A stretch of DNA of 64,000 nucleotides from an uncultured Verrucomicrobiae bacterium (lineage in GTDB: Bacteria > Verrucomicrobiota > Verrucomicrobiia > Chthoniobacterales > JAFAMB01). The stretch is taken from positions 1,339,331 to 1,403,330 of the forward strand of contig CAVXLD010000001.1 of NCBI GenBank assembly GCA_963762565.1, given 5' to 3'. This document shows, piece by piece, positions 8,476 to 18,959 of the stretch (positions are counted from its first letter, which is position 1; each line of letters begins with the position of its first letter). Under the pieces are notes generated by a model that searched no databases, was not told where the DNA came from, and was given only the letters and a program-made list of their open reading frames with translations. The position numbers were made by a program, and so were the translations under genes.

Positions 8476-11400
8476 CTAACCCAGCACACACCGAAAGCCG
8501 TAATTATCCCGGCGGCTAGTGGGCGTATCGTCGCGACGATGCGACAATAGCAGATCGTCAGGATGTTCATTGAGCCAGGAAGCGCCTCGGAGCACTCGGC
8601 GAAACCGGCTCGTGTTGTGCCAGTCTTCACACCATTGCCAGACGTTCCCTCCCATATCATGAAGACCGTAACGATTGGGCGAGAACGCGCTGACCGGACT
8701 CGTTCTAGGGTAACCGTCGTTATAGCCCGAAATCACGGGCCAACTGGAACGACCACCCTTCGTTTCTTCACCGCAAAAATTGCCCGACCCGGGCGGCGGC
8801 GGCCAACCCAACCCCCAGGGATACACCTTGATTTTTCCTTTCTTCTGTTCCGGTGTATTTCCGGGCTCTGTGCCCAGGCCAACGGCATTGCTCCATTCCA
8901 AATCGGTCGGCAATCGGTAGCTCATGCTAGCAGGCAACAATCCCAAACCTCGTTCTCGGTTGGTCAACCAATTACAAAAAGCCAGGGCATCGTCCCAACT
9001 CACGTTCACCACCGGATGATCCGGACCCTGCTTAAAACCAGGCTCTCTCCATTTGTCAGAGGTTTGATAATCGCTGTGCTCAACAAATTGTTCGAAGTCT
9101 TGCAAGCGGGTATCCCAGATGCAGAAACAGACTCCGGCTACGGGCACGAATCTCATACCGAGGCTGTTTTCCCACGGTTTTTCTTTCGTTGCGCTTAGGC
9201 TGGGATGACGATCAAGTTTCGGCAGTTCGACCGGCGGTGGCGCCGCAGTCCGAACCGGAGTTGGCGCTGCCGGCTGAACCGGCGGTTGCTCGACCATAGC
9301 CGGTCGACCGGGGACGGGAAGGTTACTGGCTGGCGGCGGCGTTTTCACGCTTCGCGACGGTTGCTCTGGAACTGGGGTCGCCGTTCGCTCTGGATGCGGA
9401 TACGGAGTTGCGGGCATACCCCCGGTTGATTCGATGCTCTCCCGGAGCGCTCGCCAGAAATCCTCACAGTCAACAAATGGGTGATCGGAACGCGTACACG
9501 CTCGATGCAGGACGGCATTGCCCGCCTCGTTTAGGGCGGAGAGAGGGGTGTACTTCGGCGGGATTCCTCCGGTGTCAGCCAGAGGATGGCCGCTGAGCAG
9601 CTCGTAAATGAGGCGACCAAATAAACGGACTGCCTTCACCCCGCGAATCCCGGTTTCGGCCTGAGTTAACGACAAGATTCGGCTCGAAGGGATGAGCGTC
9701 TGGTTACCGCGCGATTGCCGGTTATGGAGGATCAAAGGCCCGAGGCTAAGCGGATTCAATTTCACTTCGCACCGGTCCCAATCCTCGATGTTATTCTGAC
9801 CCAGAGTAGAAAAAGCGCCCGGATCGATATCGCCCGGGCAGTTGACAAATATCTTTCGAGCGCTGACGTCCACGAGACCGAGACCGTGTTCGGCTATGAA
9901 ATCTAAGGTCGCTGCTATCGGTTGCAGCAGCTTCATCACTTCCGCGATTCGACAGGCCCGCCTCCAGCGGAGTAGATCGTAAAGAAGAAATCCATGTACC
10001 CATTCTCTTACCAGGAACGGCGTCGAGACCTCGTTCTCGAAACTGAAATAGCGGAGAACATGCGGATCGATCGCGCCGCGAATAGCGCCGATCTCGTTGT
10101 CGACCCGGTTCATCAGGCTGACGTCCGATGCGATGGTCGGATGCAATAGTTTCAGCGCTACGCCGGCTGGTTGACGGCCAGTCACCTTTTCATCCTTTGC
10201 CAGAAAGAGGCGGCCGCCGATTCCTTCGCGTATCTCCTTTATAACCAAGTAACGCTCCGCTAAGACCGCACCCACACTCACCTTCCGATAGCCGTCGGAT
10301 TGACCTGGACGAACCGCTGCTTCGGGCGATCCAAATTGAACCTGAGGAGAGCCCGCTTGCCCTGAGCCTGCCGAATCGGCCGGGATGAAGGTTAGTTCCG
10401 AAGCGGATTGTATCCTTGAACTTGTCGAAAGTGACCGCCCGATCCTTGTCGCAGCCGGCTGACCGGGAAGAGCGGCAATCACTTTTTCAACGGCTTCTTG
10501 CAGTTCATCCGGCGTTTGTGGACGCTCTATTGGGTCCTTCGCCAGCATCCGCCGCAGAAGGTCTGCAACGGCTACCGGGACACTCTCCAGGTCACTCCAG
10601 GGCGGCGCTTTCACAGCATGCGCAACCAACAACTGGCCAACTGTCCCTGTGAAAGGGAGCTTCCCCAAAAGCAGGTACCAAAGTGTGACGCCGAGCGAAT
10701 AAATGTCCGATCGAGTGTCCAGGGAGCCGTTCATTTCACATTGTTCAGGACTAGCAAAGGCGGGGCTGCCTACGAAGTCCTGGGAGTGAGTAATTTGGCC
10801 CGCATCAGAGTCAGACGGATCGGTTAACCTGGCCAAACCGAAATCAATTAGTTTGACCTCTAGATCGCCTAAACGGTTGGCCCGGGTCATGATGTTCCCC
10901 GGCTTGATATCGCGATGGATCAGTTGATGGGACTGAGCGGCCTCCAAGGCTTGCGCTACCTGATGCGTGACCAGCAACGCGTCCCTTGGACTCATGGGAC
11001 CGCGGCCGCGCACGTAGCGCTCGAGATCTTCTCCCTCTAAAAATTCCATCGCGTAGAAGTAAGCATCTCCCTCTTCCCCAAACTGGAAGACCGTGGCTAC
11101 GTTCGGGTGCACTAGTTTGGCGGCTGCTTTGGCCTCCCGAAGGAATCGCTGCCTCGCTTTGGTGCTTTTTAGTAACTCGGCAGCAATTAGTTTGAGCGCC
11201 ACCGGCCGATCCAAGGTGGTATCGATCGCCTTGTAAGTAACGCCCATACCACCCTGACCCAACCGATACAGGGATCCATCGGGTTTTCGCAAAATGCGGA
11301 AATTGGCAAAAGTCTGGGCCTGCGCTGAGGCCGCCGGATGGGCTTGGCCCGCAGAATCGCCCTCCGCAGCAGGTTCCTCCTCGGATTTCAACAACTCCTT

Positions 11401-11775
11401 GATGTGCCGCAACAGATCAGGAAGATGCGCTTCCAAAGGACTTTCGAATCCGTCAACCAGGCGCTTTTCCCAGAGAAAATAGGAAAGGTCATCGGCGGGC
11501 TGAACCGGCTCAACTCGGAACGCAAGCAATGGGAGCTTAAAATGGGCAGCGGTTTCAAGCTGTTGACGGACCTCTGCCGAGCGGTTCGATTGCTGGCTCA
11601 AAATCAGCAAAAAGACCCGCGCGTCCCGAATCGCTTCACTACCGCGACTGGTCAAGGATTCGACCGGCGCCAAACCAGGATTCGAGAGGAAGCATTTCAG
11701 GCCGTTGTTCTCCAAGCTTGCCCGAACGGCTTCTCCAGCCGCTTCATCTTGAGTCGCGCAACAAACAAAAACCAT
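8476..11775 (-). CDS. TIR domain + Ser/Thr protein kinase + degenerate kinase + FGE-sulfatase (SUMF1) domain protein
   Basis: N-terminal VFVCC...LLILSQQSNRS..V.QLE (TIR-like). Kinase motifs LGQGGMG, HRDIKPGN, DFG and ASPEQ. The second kinase-like domain lacks HRD/DFG. C-terminal HPVVNVSW, RLPTDLEW, DMGGNVWQW and GFRCV. Confidence 0.88.
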   Translation of the reverse strand: MVFVCCATQDEAAGEAVRASLENNGLKCFLSNPGLAPVESLTSRGSEAIRDARVFLLILSQQSNRSAEVRQQLETAAHFKLPLLAFRVEPVQPADDLSYFLWEKRLVDGFESPLEAHLPDLLRHIKELLKSEEEPAAEGDSAGQAHPAASAQAQTFANFRILRKPDGSLYRLGQGGMGVTYKAIDTTLDRPVALKLIAAELLKSTKARQRFLREAKAAAKLVHPNVATVFQFGEEGDAYFYAMEFLEGEDLERYVRGRGPMSPRDALLVTHQVAQALEAAQSHQLIHRDIKPGNIMTRANRLGDLEVKLIDFGLARLTDPSDSDAGQITHSQDFVGSPAFASPEQCEMNGSLDTRSDIYSLGVTLWYLLLGKLPFTGTVGQLLVAHAVKAPPWSDLESVPVAVADLLRRMLAKDPIERPQTPDELQEAVEKVIAALPGQPAATRIGRSLSTSSRIQSASELTFIPADSAGSGQAGSPQVQFGSPEAAVRPGQSDGYRKVSVGAVLAERYLVIKEIREGIGGRLFLAKDEKVTGRQPAGVALKLLHPTIASDVSLMNRVDNEIGAIRGAIDPHVLRYFSFENEVSTPFLVREWVHGFLLYDLLRWRRACRIAEVMKLLQPIAATLDFIAEHGLGLVDVSARKIFVNCPGDIDPGAFSTLGQNNIEDWDRCEVKLNPLSLGPLILHNRQSRGNQTLIPSSRILSLTQAETGIRGVKAVRLFGRLIYELLSGHPLADTGGIPPKYTPLSALNEAGNAVLHRACTRSDHPFVDCEDFWRALRESIESTGGMPATPYPHPERTATPVPEQPSRSVKTPPPASNLPVPGRPAMVEQPPVQPAAPTPVRTAAPPPVELPKLDRHPSLSATKEKPWENSLGMRFVPVAGVCFCIWDTRLQDFEQFVEHSDYQTSDKWREPGFKQGPDHPVVNVSWDDALAFCNWLTNRERGLGLLPASMSYRLPTDLEWSNAVGLGTEPGNTPEQKKGKIKVYPWGLGWPPPPGSGNFCGEETKGGRSSWPVISGYNDGYPRTSPVSAFSPNRYGLHDMGGNVWQWCEDWHNTSRFRRVLRGASWLNEHPDDLLLSHRRDDTPTSRRDNYGFRCVLG

Positions 11776-11865
11776 ACTGTGCCGATTCGACGTCCGGACG
11801 CCTTATACTCGGCTGCCGGCTTCACCTCTGGCTATATACTAGTAGCGGGTATCGTCGCGAAATAC

Positions 11866-12885
11866 TCATTTGTGCAGAAAATCTTCGAGTGCTTGATGAA
11901 ATTGGTCCGTCGCCTCCAGATGCGGGATATGGCCTACGCCGGGAATCTCCACCAATTTCGCACCCGGAATTTGAGTCGCCGCCTTTCTCGCCAGTTCGGC
12001 CACGTTTCCAAGGTTACGCCGCAAGTCGATCGGTGCTCGGTCCTTTCCCACGGCAGTGTGGTCCTCTTGACCGACAATTAAAAGGGTTGGGACTTTTATC
12101 TCGGCGAATTCGTAACAGATGGGTTGTTCATAGATCATCAAATCCGTCAGTGCGGCTACCCGAGCCCAGCGCGGGAAGTCACCGCTCAAAGTCACCCCTA
12201 TACGTGGTTCAACATAAATCTCGGCTTTTTCCGGGGGATAATGCACGAAGTAGCTTTGTACGTACTTGCGATAATCCTCCAAACTGGTGTTCAGCTCTCG
12301 CTGATAAAGCGATTCCAACGGGGCCGGTGGTACGACCAATCGATAGTCCTCCAAGCCAATGGGATCTTCCAAAACCAGCGCCTCAGTTCGCCCCGGATAA
12401 AGGCGCGCAAACCGGATCCCGAGCATCCCACCCATCGAATGGCCCACTACCACCGCTTTCGGTATCCCTAACAGATCGAGGAGACCCGCTGTGTTCTCCG
12501 CCATGAAATCGAAGCTATAGTGAAGGTCGGGTTTCGAGGATTTGCCGAATCCAATTTGGTCCGGAACCACAACCCGGTAGCCGCGATCGGTCAGGAACTT
12601 GATGGTATCGCTCCAGTAAGCGCCCCAGAAATTTTTGCCATGTAATAGCAGAACAGTTCGTCCATTAGGATTTTTGGGCGGCTGTACATCCATGAAACAC
12701 ATCCGCACATCCTGGCCTTCCACATGAAGGTTTAGGAATGCCGTCGGATAAGGATATTTCAGGTCCTCAAAACAGGTCCCAAGGGGGGCGTCGTAATGAT
12801 CCGGCAGCGATTTTTCCTGACCTAAAGCCGGACCCGCGGGTGATAAGAGGACCAAGGAAGCCAGAAATATCCAATTTCTTCTCAC
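11866..12885 (-). CDS. Secreted alpha/beta hydrolase
   Basis: LLHGKNF, PDQIGFGKS, GHSMGG and GHIPH motifs; signal peptide after GTG 12885 (track start lies in a repeat). Confidence 0.88.
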   Translation of the reverse strand: MRRNWIFLASLVLLSPAGPALGQEKSLPDHYDAPLGTCFEDLKYPYPTAFLNLHVEGQDVRMCFMDVQPPKNPNGRTVLLLHGKNFWGAYWSDTIKFLTDRGYRVVVPDQIGFGKSSKPDLHYSFDFMAENTAGLLDLLGIPKAVVVGHSMGGMLGIRFARLYPGRTEALVLEDPIGLEDYRLVVPPAPLESLYQRELNTSLEDYRKYVQSYFVHYPPEKAEIYVEPRIGVTLSGDFPRWARVAALTDLMIYEQPICYEFAEIKVPTLLIVGQEDHTAVGKDRAPIDLRRNLGNVAELARKAATQIPGAKLVEIPGVGHIPHLEATDQFHQALEDFLHK

Positions 12886-12913
12886 GGCCTTATAAGAGGA
12901 CGAACCGAGAGGA

Positions 12914-12992
12914 ATGACAAATGACAAATGACAGATGACAAATTACCGAGGGCGGTGGCTCAATTTGTCATTTGTTATCTGTCATTTGTCAT
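12914..12992. repeat. Inverted heptamer arrays (ATGACAR)x4 ... (YTGTCAT)x4 with 17-bp spacer
   Basis: Directly visible; near-perfect ~31-bp hairpin arms. Confidence 0.95.
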
Positions 12993-13056
12993 ACAATCCT
13001 AGTCCCCCAGTGAGCGGCGCCCATCGCAGGACGCGGAGCCGCCGATGCTCCGGACC

Positions 13057-14475
13057 CTATAACAGCCTCGGTTCTTGATTTTCGTCTTCGAGTTTCAAGC
13101 TGGAGATTTCGGGGAGGGATGTGCTGCCGATAATGCCCTGTAGATCACCGTACATTCCAGAGAGGCCATCAATCACCGTCTCGATCTGTTTCTCTCTTGC
13201 GCCCCAGTGTTTGATGAGGGCACGTTTTTCCCGATCCAATTGTTCCTTCATCCCCACAAATGTCCTCAATATGGCGTTTACCCTCTCTCTGAACTCCGGG
13301 CCGGTTAGATAACGATAAACGACCTCCATTTTTGTATCTCTGCCTTGAGCCGATAACCGAGCGAAGGTTAGGGCTATTAATTGTTGCCGAAGTGTGGACG
13401 CGAGAATCGGCCAAACCGTGAGATCGCAAATCCAAAGACCATCGATTGAGCCAAAATGCTTGACCCCTTCCGGCAAAACTGTCGAAACCAGAACTCCAAA
13501 TTCTGATTTGTTGGCGATCATATCGCTTCGCAGTTTCTCCAGCCATCTCGGATTCCAGTTCTGGGCGTTCTTCGTTTCCCAGGTTATTGAACCGCAGAGC
13601 CGCCCATCCGGCGACAGAACGTGTTGAATCACGTCCGCGCCAAACACCCCTTTTGAGATCGGCTCGATCCGGTCTGATCCGAAGCGGTGGGCTAACTCGC
13701 GTTCCAGGATCAGTTCAAGCACTTCTCCTTGAGTTTGCTGTGAGCCTTGAGTCATTCTTCGGCGAAGGTCCTCCGCCACCTGCTTCGCGTCGTCCCGTTG
13801 CTTCTCCAATTCCCGCTGTTTTAGCCGCAACGATTCCAGTTCTTCCTCAAACCGTTGCTTCATCTCCTGTTCAGCTTTTAGCAGCGCTTCGGCAGCGGCA
13901 GCCTGGCGGGCGTCACTGGAAGCTTTTACTAAGGCTTCCTGATGGCTCAGTTTCAATTCTTCGATCGCTTGTCTCAGATTAATCTCGGCCGCGTTCTTCT
14001 GCGTTAACTGGCTCCGAATCTCCTGTATCAACTGGGTTTGCCCATCCAACTGATCCTTGAGGATTTGTTCGCGAGTTTTTGCCCGCTGCAACTCTTCAGT
14101 GCGAGCTGCTTGGCTGATCGCTTCTCGCTCCGCCTCGATCTGTTTAGCCAGATTGATCGCCTGTTCCGCCCTCTCCTTTTCGAATTTTGCCCGCTCAGCC
14201 AGCAGCGTCCCTTCCCGGTTTCGCCAACTGGTAATCTCCTCGGCTAGTTGGTGAAGTTCCCGTTCCAGCGTTTTTTCTCGCTCCGAAAATTCGCGGCCAA
14301 TCTGATCCCGGGCCCGGGCTAGCTCTCGTTCCTGCTCTTCGGACCACTCGCGTTGCATCCGGTGAATCGTGGATTCGGCTAGGCCTTCGCGTAGAGGAAA
14401 CCGGTGCCCGCTGTCCTCTGGACACACGACCTCCTGTTTCAGGCTTATGCGAATCGGTTCATCTTCAGCGGGCAT
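13057..14475 (-). CDS. DUF2130-family coiled-coil protein
   Basis: Long coiled coil followed by QGSQQTQGEVLE, GADVIQ and GSITWETKN..W..W.KL motifs. Confidence 0.82.
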   Translation of the reverse strand: MPAEDEPIRISLKQEVVCPEDSGHRFPLREGLAESTIHRMQREWSEEQERELARARDQIGREFSEREKTLERELHQLAEEITSWRNREGTLLAERAKFEKERAEQAINLAKQIEAEREAISQAARTEELQRAKTREQILKDQLDGQTQLIQEIRSQLTQKNAAEINLRQAIEELKLSHQEALVKASSDARQAAAAEALLKAEQEMKQRFEEELESLRLKQRELEKQRDDAKQVAEDLRRRMTQGSQQTQGEVLELILERELAHRFGSDRIEPISKGVFGADVIQHVLSPDGRLCGSITWETKNAQNWNPRWLEKLRSDMIANKSEFGVLVSTVLPEGVKHFGSIDGLWICDLTVWPILASTLRQQLIALTFARLSAQGRDTKMEVVYRYLTGPEFRERVNAILRTFVGMKEQLDREKRALIKHWGAREKQIETVIDGLSGMYGDLQGIIGSTSLPEISSLKLEDENQEPRLL

Positions 14476-14575
14476 AGCGTAGGCCTTCGGGAGCGGAAGG
14501 CTGTGGTAAAATACGGCACCTTGAAAATTGTTGCCAACTTTTGCCGCTTTTCCGGTGTAGTGGGAGAAACAAGGA

Positions 14576-15322
14576 ATGATTATGACGAACCGACCTGTTT
14601 TTGCGTTGCTCCTCTTGACCCTGTTCAGTTTTCCATTGGCGATCTGGGCCGGGCAAGTCACTAAAGTCGAGAACTACAACTATCCGCTGGCCAATGGAGG
14701 CAAGTTTACGATCGAGGACGCAAATGGAACGATCGCGATTGGTTCCTCGGACCGGAACAACGTCGAAATAACCGCCACCAAACATGCCGAAAGTCAAACT
14801 GACTTGGACGCAATCCGAATCGATATAAAGCAGGGAAACGACTCGATCGAGGTTCGAACCGTCAATCCTCCTGGACTACACAATGGCGGGGTTTCCTATC
14901 AAGTCGTGTTACCGAAAGATATTGGTCGCCTTCTGGCCAAGACGGCCAATGGGAGCATCTCAGCGGAAGGCATCGATGGTGATGTAACCATGAAATCCGA
15001 AAATGGCGCGATCACCGCGACTAGCCTCAAGGGTTCCTTCTCCCTCGATACCACAAATGGCTCCATCAGCGCCGTCTGTACTGATTTAGCAGGCGACGGC
15101 CATCTTCGCACCACGAACGGATCTATCACCCTGGCTCTCCCAAAGTCTGCCGACGCTTTAATCGAGGCAGGCACCACCGTCGGCCGAATCAGTTCGAACC
15201 TACCCGCTAATAAGGTAAACAAAGGAATCGTAGGAGAGACTCTTGAGGCGAAACTTGGCGCCGGTTCTCATCGTTTAGAGGCGAAAACCACGAACGGGAG
15301 CATTCGGTTAGAGGCCCGTTAA
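14576..15322 (+). CDS. Secreted DUF4097-like beta-strand repeat protein
   Basis: Signal peptide and repeated (T/S)xNGxI motifs. Confidence 0.85.
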   Translation: MIMTNRPVFALLLLTLFSFPLAIWAGQVTKVENYNYPLANGGKFTIEDANGTIAIGSSDRNNVEITATKHAESQTDLDAIRIDIKQGNDSIEVRTVNPPGLHNGGVSYQVVLPKDIGRLLAKTANGSISAEGIDGDVTMKSENGAITATSLKGSFSLDTTNGSISAVCTDLAGDGHLRTTNGSITLALPKSADALIEAGTTVGRISSNLPANKVNKGIVGETLEAKLGAGSHRLEAKTTNGSIRLEAR

Positions 15323-15401
15323 AGAAGAAAATATCGCAAGGGGATGGTGATCTGAGGCGGTTTCCGAGTTAGACTTGAGAACCTCAGGTAACGACCCTGG
15401 C

Positions 15402-17526
15402 ATGTCGCCACGCCCTGCGATCTTCATCTCGGCCGTTAGCTGCGAGCTGAGAAGCGCCCGGCAGCTAGTAGCCAATACCCTAACCTTTTTGGGCTACGAC
15501 TCCGATTGGCAGGAAATCTTCGGCACAGAAGCAGGCGACCTGCGGTCAATGCTGCGTCGCCACATCGACTCCTGCAAAGGCTTGGTACAATTGGTGGGCG
15601 AATGCTACGGCGCTGAACCGCCCACGACGGACGATCAATTCGGCCGGGTCAGTTACACCCAATACGAAGCGCTCTACGCTAGCAGCAGAGGAAAGAGAGT
15701 CTGGTATCTCTTCCTTGACGAAAGTTTTCCTACCGATTCGCATGAAACGGAGGTAGCCGAGAAACAGGAACTACAGAAAGTGTATCGAGATCGGCTGAAA
15801 GCCGATGCCCATCTTTACCATTCACTCAGCACCAAAGAAGGTCTGGAAAACAGCGTGCTCAAGCTGCGAGACGACCTTACTCGTCTGCGACGCGGCGTTA
15901 AACGATGGGCAGCGTCAGTTGCGATACTGCTTTTGGCCAGTGTCGGTCTAAGTCTGTGGCTGTTAGAGAGTCAGCGCCAAGCAAATCAACAACAGGAGCA
16001 GGCGAATCAACGGCTCGATGCCCTCCAGGCACGACTCGATAAGCTGCAAGAAGGCGTCAATTCCTTTGCCGAGGTGCAGAGCAAGGTAAGCCGCGAACAG
16101 CCTGGCCAAAAATCGGAGCAACTGGAGGACCGCACTTACGAAGAGCTCGGCAAGCAGCTGGGACTGGATCCCGTCGCGCTGAGAGAACAACTGCCTCGTT
16201 TCGCCGAACAATTGAGAAAGTCTCCTAACGCCAGCATGTACGAGCGAGCCAACGCAGCGTATGTCGCCAAGGACTACAGCGAAGCGGAAAGACTTGCACT
16301 GGCTGCAGCCGATGAGGCTCAACGTGCCAGTCCGCCTAAGAACTCCGAGGCGATCCGAGCTTTTGAACTGGCTGGTTGGTCTGCGGAGAAGCGCATCGAT
16401 TATGTGGATGCTTTAGCCCGTTTCCAAGACGCCGAGAAGCTAACAGATCGCACCCGCGACCCATTGGAATGGGCTCGAGTGCAGTTCGGCATCGGCATGG
16501 TCCAGTACGATCGAGGGCAAAATAGCGATGCCGAGAGCCTTTGCCGCGAGGTGTTGAAGGAACGTGAACGCGTGCTTGGTCCAGAACATCCCGACAGCTT
16601 GGCGACACGCAGCCAGCTGGAAAACGCATTGTATTACCAAGGTAAATATGCGGAGGACGAAGAGGTGATTCGGGTACTGCTCGCACTCAAAGAAAAGGCG
16701 CTCGGTCCAGAGCACCCTGACACCCTGAAAGCCCGCAACAATCTTGGAGCTTTATTCTTTGCCGAAGGTAAATATGCCGATGCCGAAACCGAGTTCCGCG
16801 CCGTGCTCAAGCTCAAGGAAAAAGTGCTCGGCCCGGAGCATCAAGACACACTTGGTACCCGCAACAATCTAGCCAGCACTCTTGCCGCCGAGGGAAAATA
16901 TATTGAATCGGAGACGCAGTTTCGGGCTCTGGTGAAGTTGGACCAGAAAGCGTTCGGCCCAGAACATCCCAATACGTTGTCCACCCGCGGCAACTTGGCA
17001 GAACTCCTGGATAAAGAAGGCAATCTGCCGAGGCGGAAACCGAAGAACGAGAGGTGCTGAAGCTCGACGAGAAAGTTTTGGGACCCCAACATCCGGATAC
17101 ACTAGATACACGGGCAAATCTGGCTGCCGTGCTCCTCCATCAAGGAAGGTATAGCGAGGCGGAGACGGAGGAACGACAAGTCTTCAGCCTCGAAGAGAAA
17201 TTGCGCGGCCCCGAACATCCTAGCGCGCTGGATACGCGCAATAATCTGGCTAACGCGATCGCGGAGCAAGGCAGGTATCCTGAGGCAGAAACTGAATATC
17301 GAAACGTCCTGACGCTTAGAGAGAAAGTACTCGGCGTCGAACATCCGGACACGCTGGAGACTTGTTTTAATCTTGCGAGTTGTTTGCGAGCTGAAGGCAA
17401 AACATCGGAAGCAAAGGCATTTGCTCAACGCGCAGCGGATGGCGCCCGGAAAACCTTGGGGCCCGAACACCCCGATACGAAGAAAACGAGCAACTGCGAG
17501 AGGAGCTGTTTGCTAAACAAGAATAA
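15402..17526 (+). pseudogene. DUF4062 + TM + TPR-repeat protein with two apparent 1-bp deletions (~17022, ~17486)
   Basis: N-terminal IFISAVS..L..RQ and SYTQYE; many LGPEHPDTL TPR units continue across ORFs 15375-17060 and 17054-17551. Could be sequencing error rather than a true pseudogene. Confidence 0.75.
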
Positions 17527-17612
17527 GCCTAAACAACAAGCAAGAGCTTAACCGCAGATGAACGCAGATTAACGAACCGTGAATGGATGCGAAAGAGGAG
17601 TCGGCCCAGCGC

Positions 17613-18743
17613 CTACACGATTACCAGATCAACATCGGGCAATTCACGCATCAGGATTTCGTGCATCGAGCCACCGACCAAATGAAATTTTCTCGGTTTT
17701 GGCCGGCCTAAAATAACGTGGGTAATCCCGTACTCTTTGGCGAAAGAAACCAAGGCTTGGGCGACGTTATCGTGCTTCAACGAGATAACCAATCCGCCCA
17801 TTTTTTGAGCGGTCTCCAAAGTGTCAGCCACTCGCCGCTGAACAGCCGCGTCGATGCGTACCGCTGATTCTTGAGGGGTCCGAACATAAACCGCATACCA
17901 TTCGGCGTTCAATTGGGCGGCCAGTCGCGCCGTCTTACGCAATAATCGGCCGGGGTCCGGCCCTTGGCTGCTGACCGCCACCATCACTTGCCCCAGAGCA
18001 TTGACATTTGGTCCTTGCTCAGCCGCGATCCGTTCCTTCCGGTCAAGCAAATTGGCGGTTTCGCTCAGCGTCATCTCCCGGAGCCGGGTAAGATTCTTAG
18101 TCGTGAAAAAGTGGTCTAGAGCAGCCGAGATACGCTCATTCGGATAGATCTTTCCTGCTTGTAACCTCTCTTGCAGGTCTTCAGCCGGCAAATCGACGTT
18201 CACGACTTGATCGGCGCGCGCGATAATCTCATCTGGAACCCGTTCCTTCACTCGGACCCCGGTCGCATCTTCCACTACGTTATAGAGCGACTCAAAATGC
18301 TGGATGTTGACCGTGGTAATGACATTGATCCCTTCCCGTAGCAGGTCTTCTACATCCTCGTAGCGTTTCCGGTTCCGGCTTTGAGGAGCATTGGTGTGGG
18401 CAAGTTCATCAACCAGCGCCACGGTCGGTTTCCGCCGGATAACGGCATCAAGATCCATCTCGCTTAAAGTGATGCCGTGATATTGGGCGACCAGCGGCGG
18501 CACGATCTCCAAATCACCTATTTGCGCCTGAGTCTCCGGCCGCTCATGCGGTTCTACATACCCGATGACCACGTCGATGCCACGCCGTTTCAGGCGGTTG
18601 CCTTCGATTAACATCTGGTAGGTTTTGCCGACTCCAGGGCAGGGTCCTAAATAGATCTTCAATTTGCCGGTCTGTTGCTGCCGGATAATCGAAAGAAACT
18701 CGTCTGCGCTAGGCCGCAGCTTATCGTTTTCGACCGTTGCCAT
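17613..18743 (-). CDS. kdpD: KdpD N-terminal sensor domain + Usp domain, without transmembrane or kinase parts
   Basis: GKLKIYLGPCPGVGKTYQML, LVDELAHTN and TTVNIQHFES motifs; C-terminal Usp; 376 aa only. Confidence 0.9.
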   Translation of the reverse strand: MATVENDKLRPSADEFLSIIRQQQTGKLKIYLGPCPGVGKTYQMLIEGNRLKRRGIDVVIGYVEPHERPETQAQIGDLEIVPPLVAQYHGITLSEMDLDAVIRRKPTVALVDELAHTNAPQSRNRKRYEDVEDLLREGINVITTVNIQHFESLYNVVEDATGVRVKERVPDEIIARADQVVNVDLPAEDLQERLQAGKIYPNERISAALDHFFTTKNLTRLREMTLSETANLLDRKERIAAEQGPNVNALGQVMVAVSSQGPDPGRLLRKTARLAAQLNAEWYAVYVRTPQESAVRIDAAVQRRVADTLETAQKMGGLVISLKHDNVAQALVSFAKEYGITHVILGRPKPRKFHLVGGSMHEILMRELPDVDLVIV

Positions 18744-18820
18744 GAGTTAGGTAATAGATACCCGATCAAAACCATAAACTCTAGCCAGAGGTTGGCCGGA
18801 CTTTCCCCCGGAAGAACGAC

Positions 18821-18921
18821 AGTGGACTCGAGTGGACGTAGTAGACAGGAGTGGACACCGACCGCGGGGCGGCAGGGACGGACTCTGTCCACTCAGTCAA
18901 CTGTTGTCCACTAGGTCCACT
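18821..18921. repeat. Inverted 9-10-mer arrays (AGTGGACnn)x4 ... (nnGTCCACT)x4 between kdpC and kdpD
   Basis: Left 18821-18857 and right 18886-18921; same family at 48516-48622. Confidence 0.88.
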
Positions 18922-18959
18922 GGTGTGTGCAAGCGCGGGGTATGTTCGGAGGCCGGGCG

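Noticed and set aside
5909..8600. Diversity-generating retroelement (Avd-fold gene near an FGE/C-type-lectin C-terminus)
   Set aside because: No reverse transcriptase in the window, and I found no second copy (template repeat) of the FGE 3' region. A trans-acting DGR elsewhere cannot be excluded.
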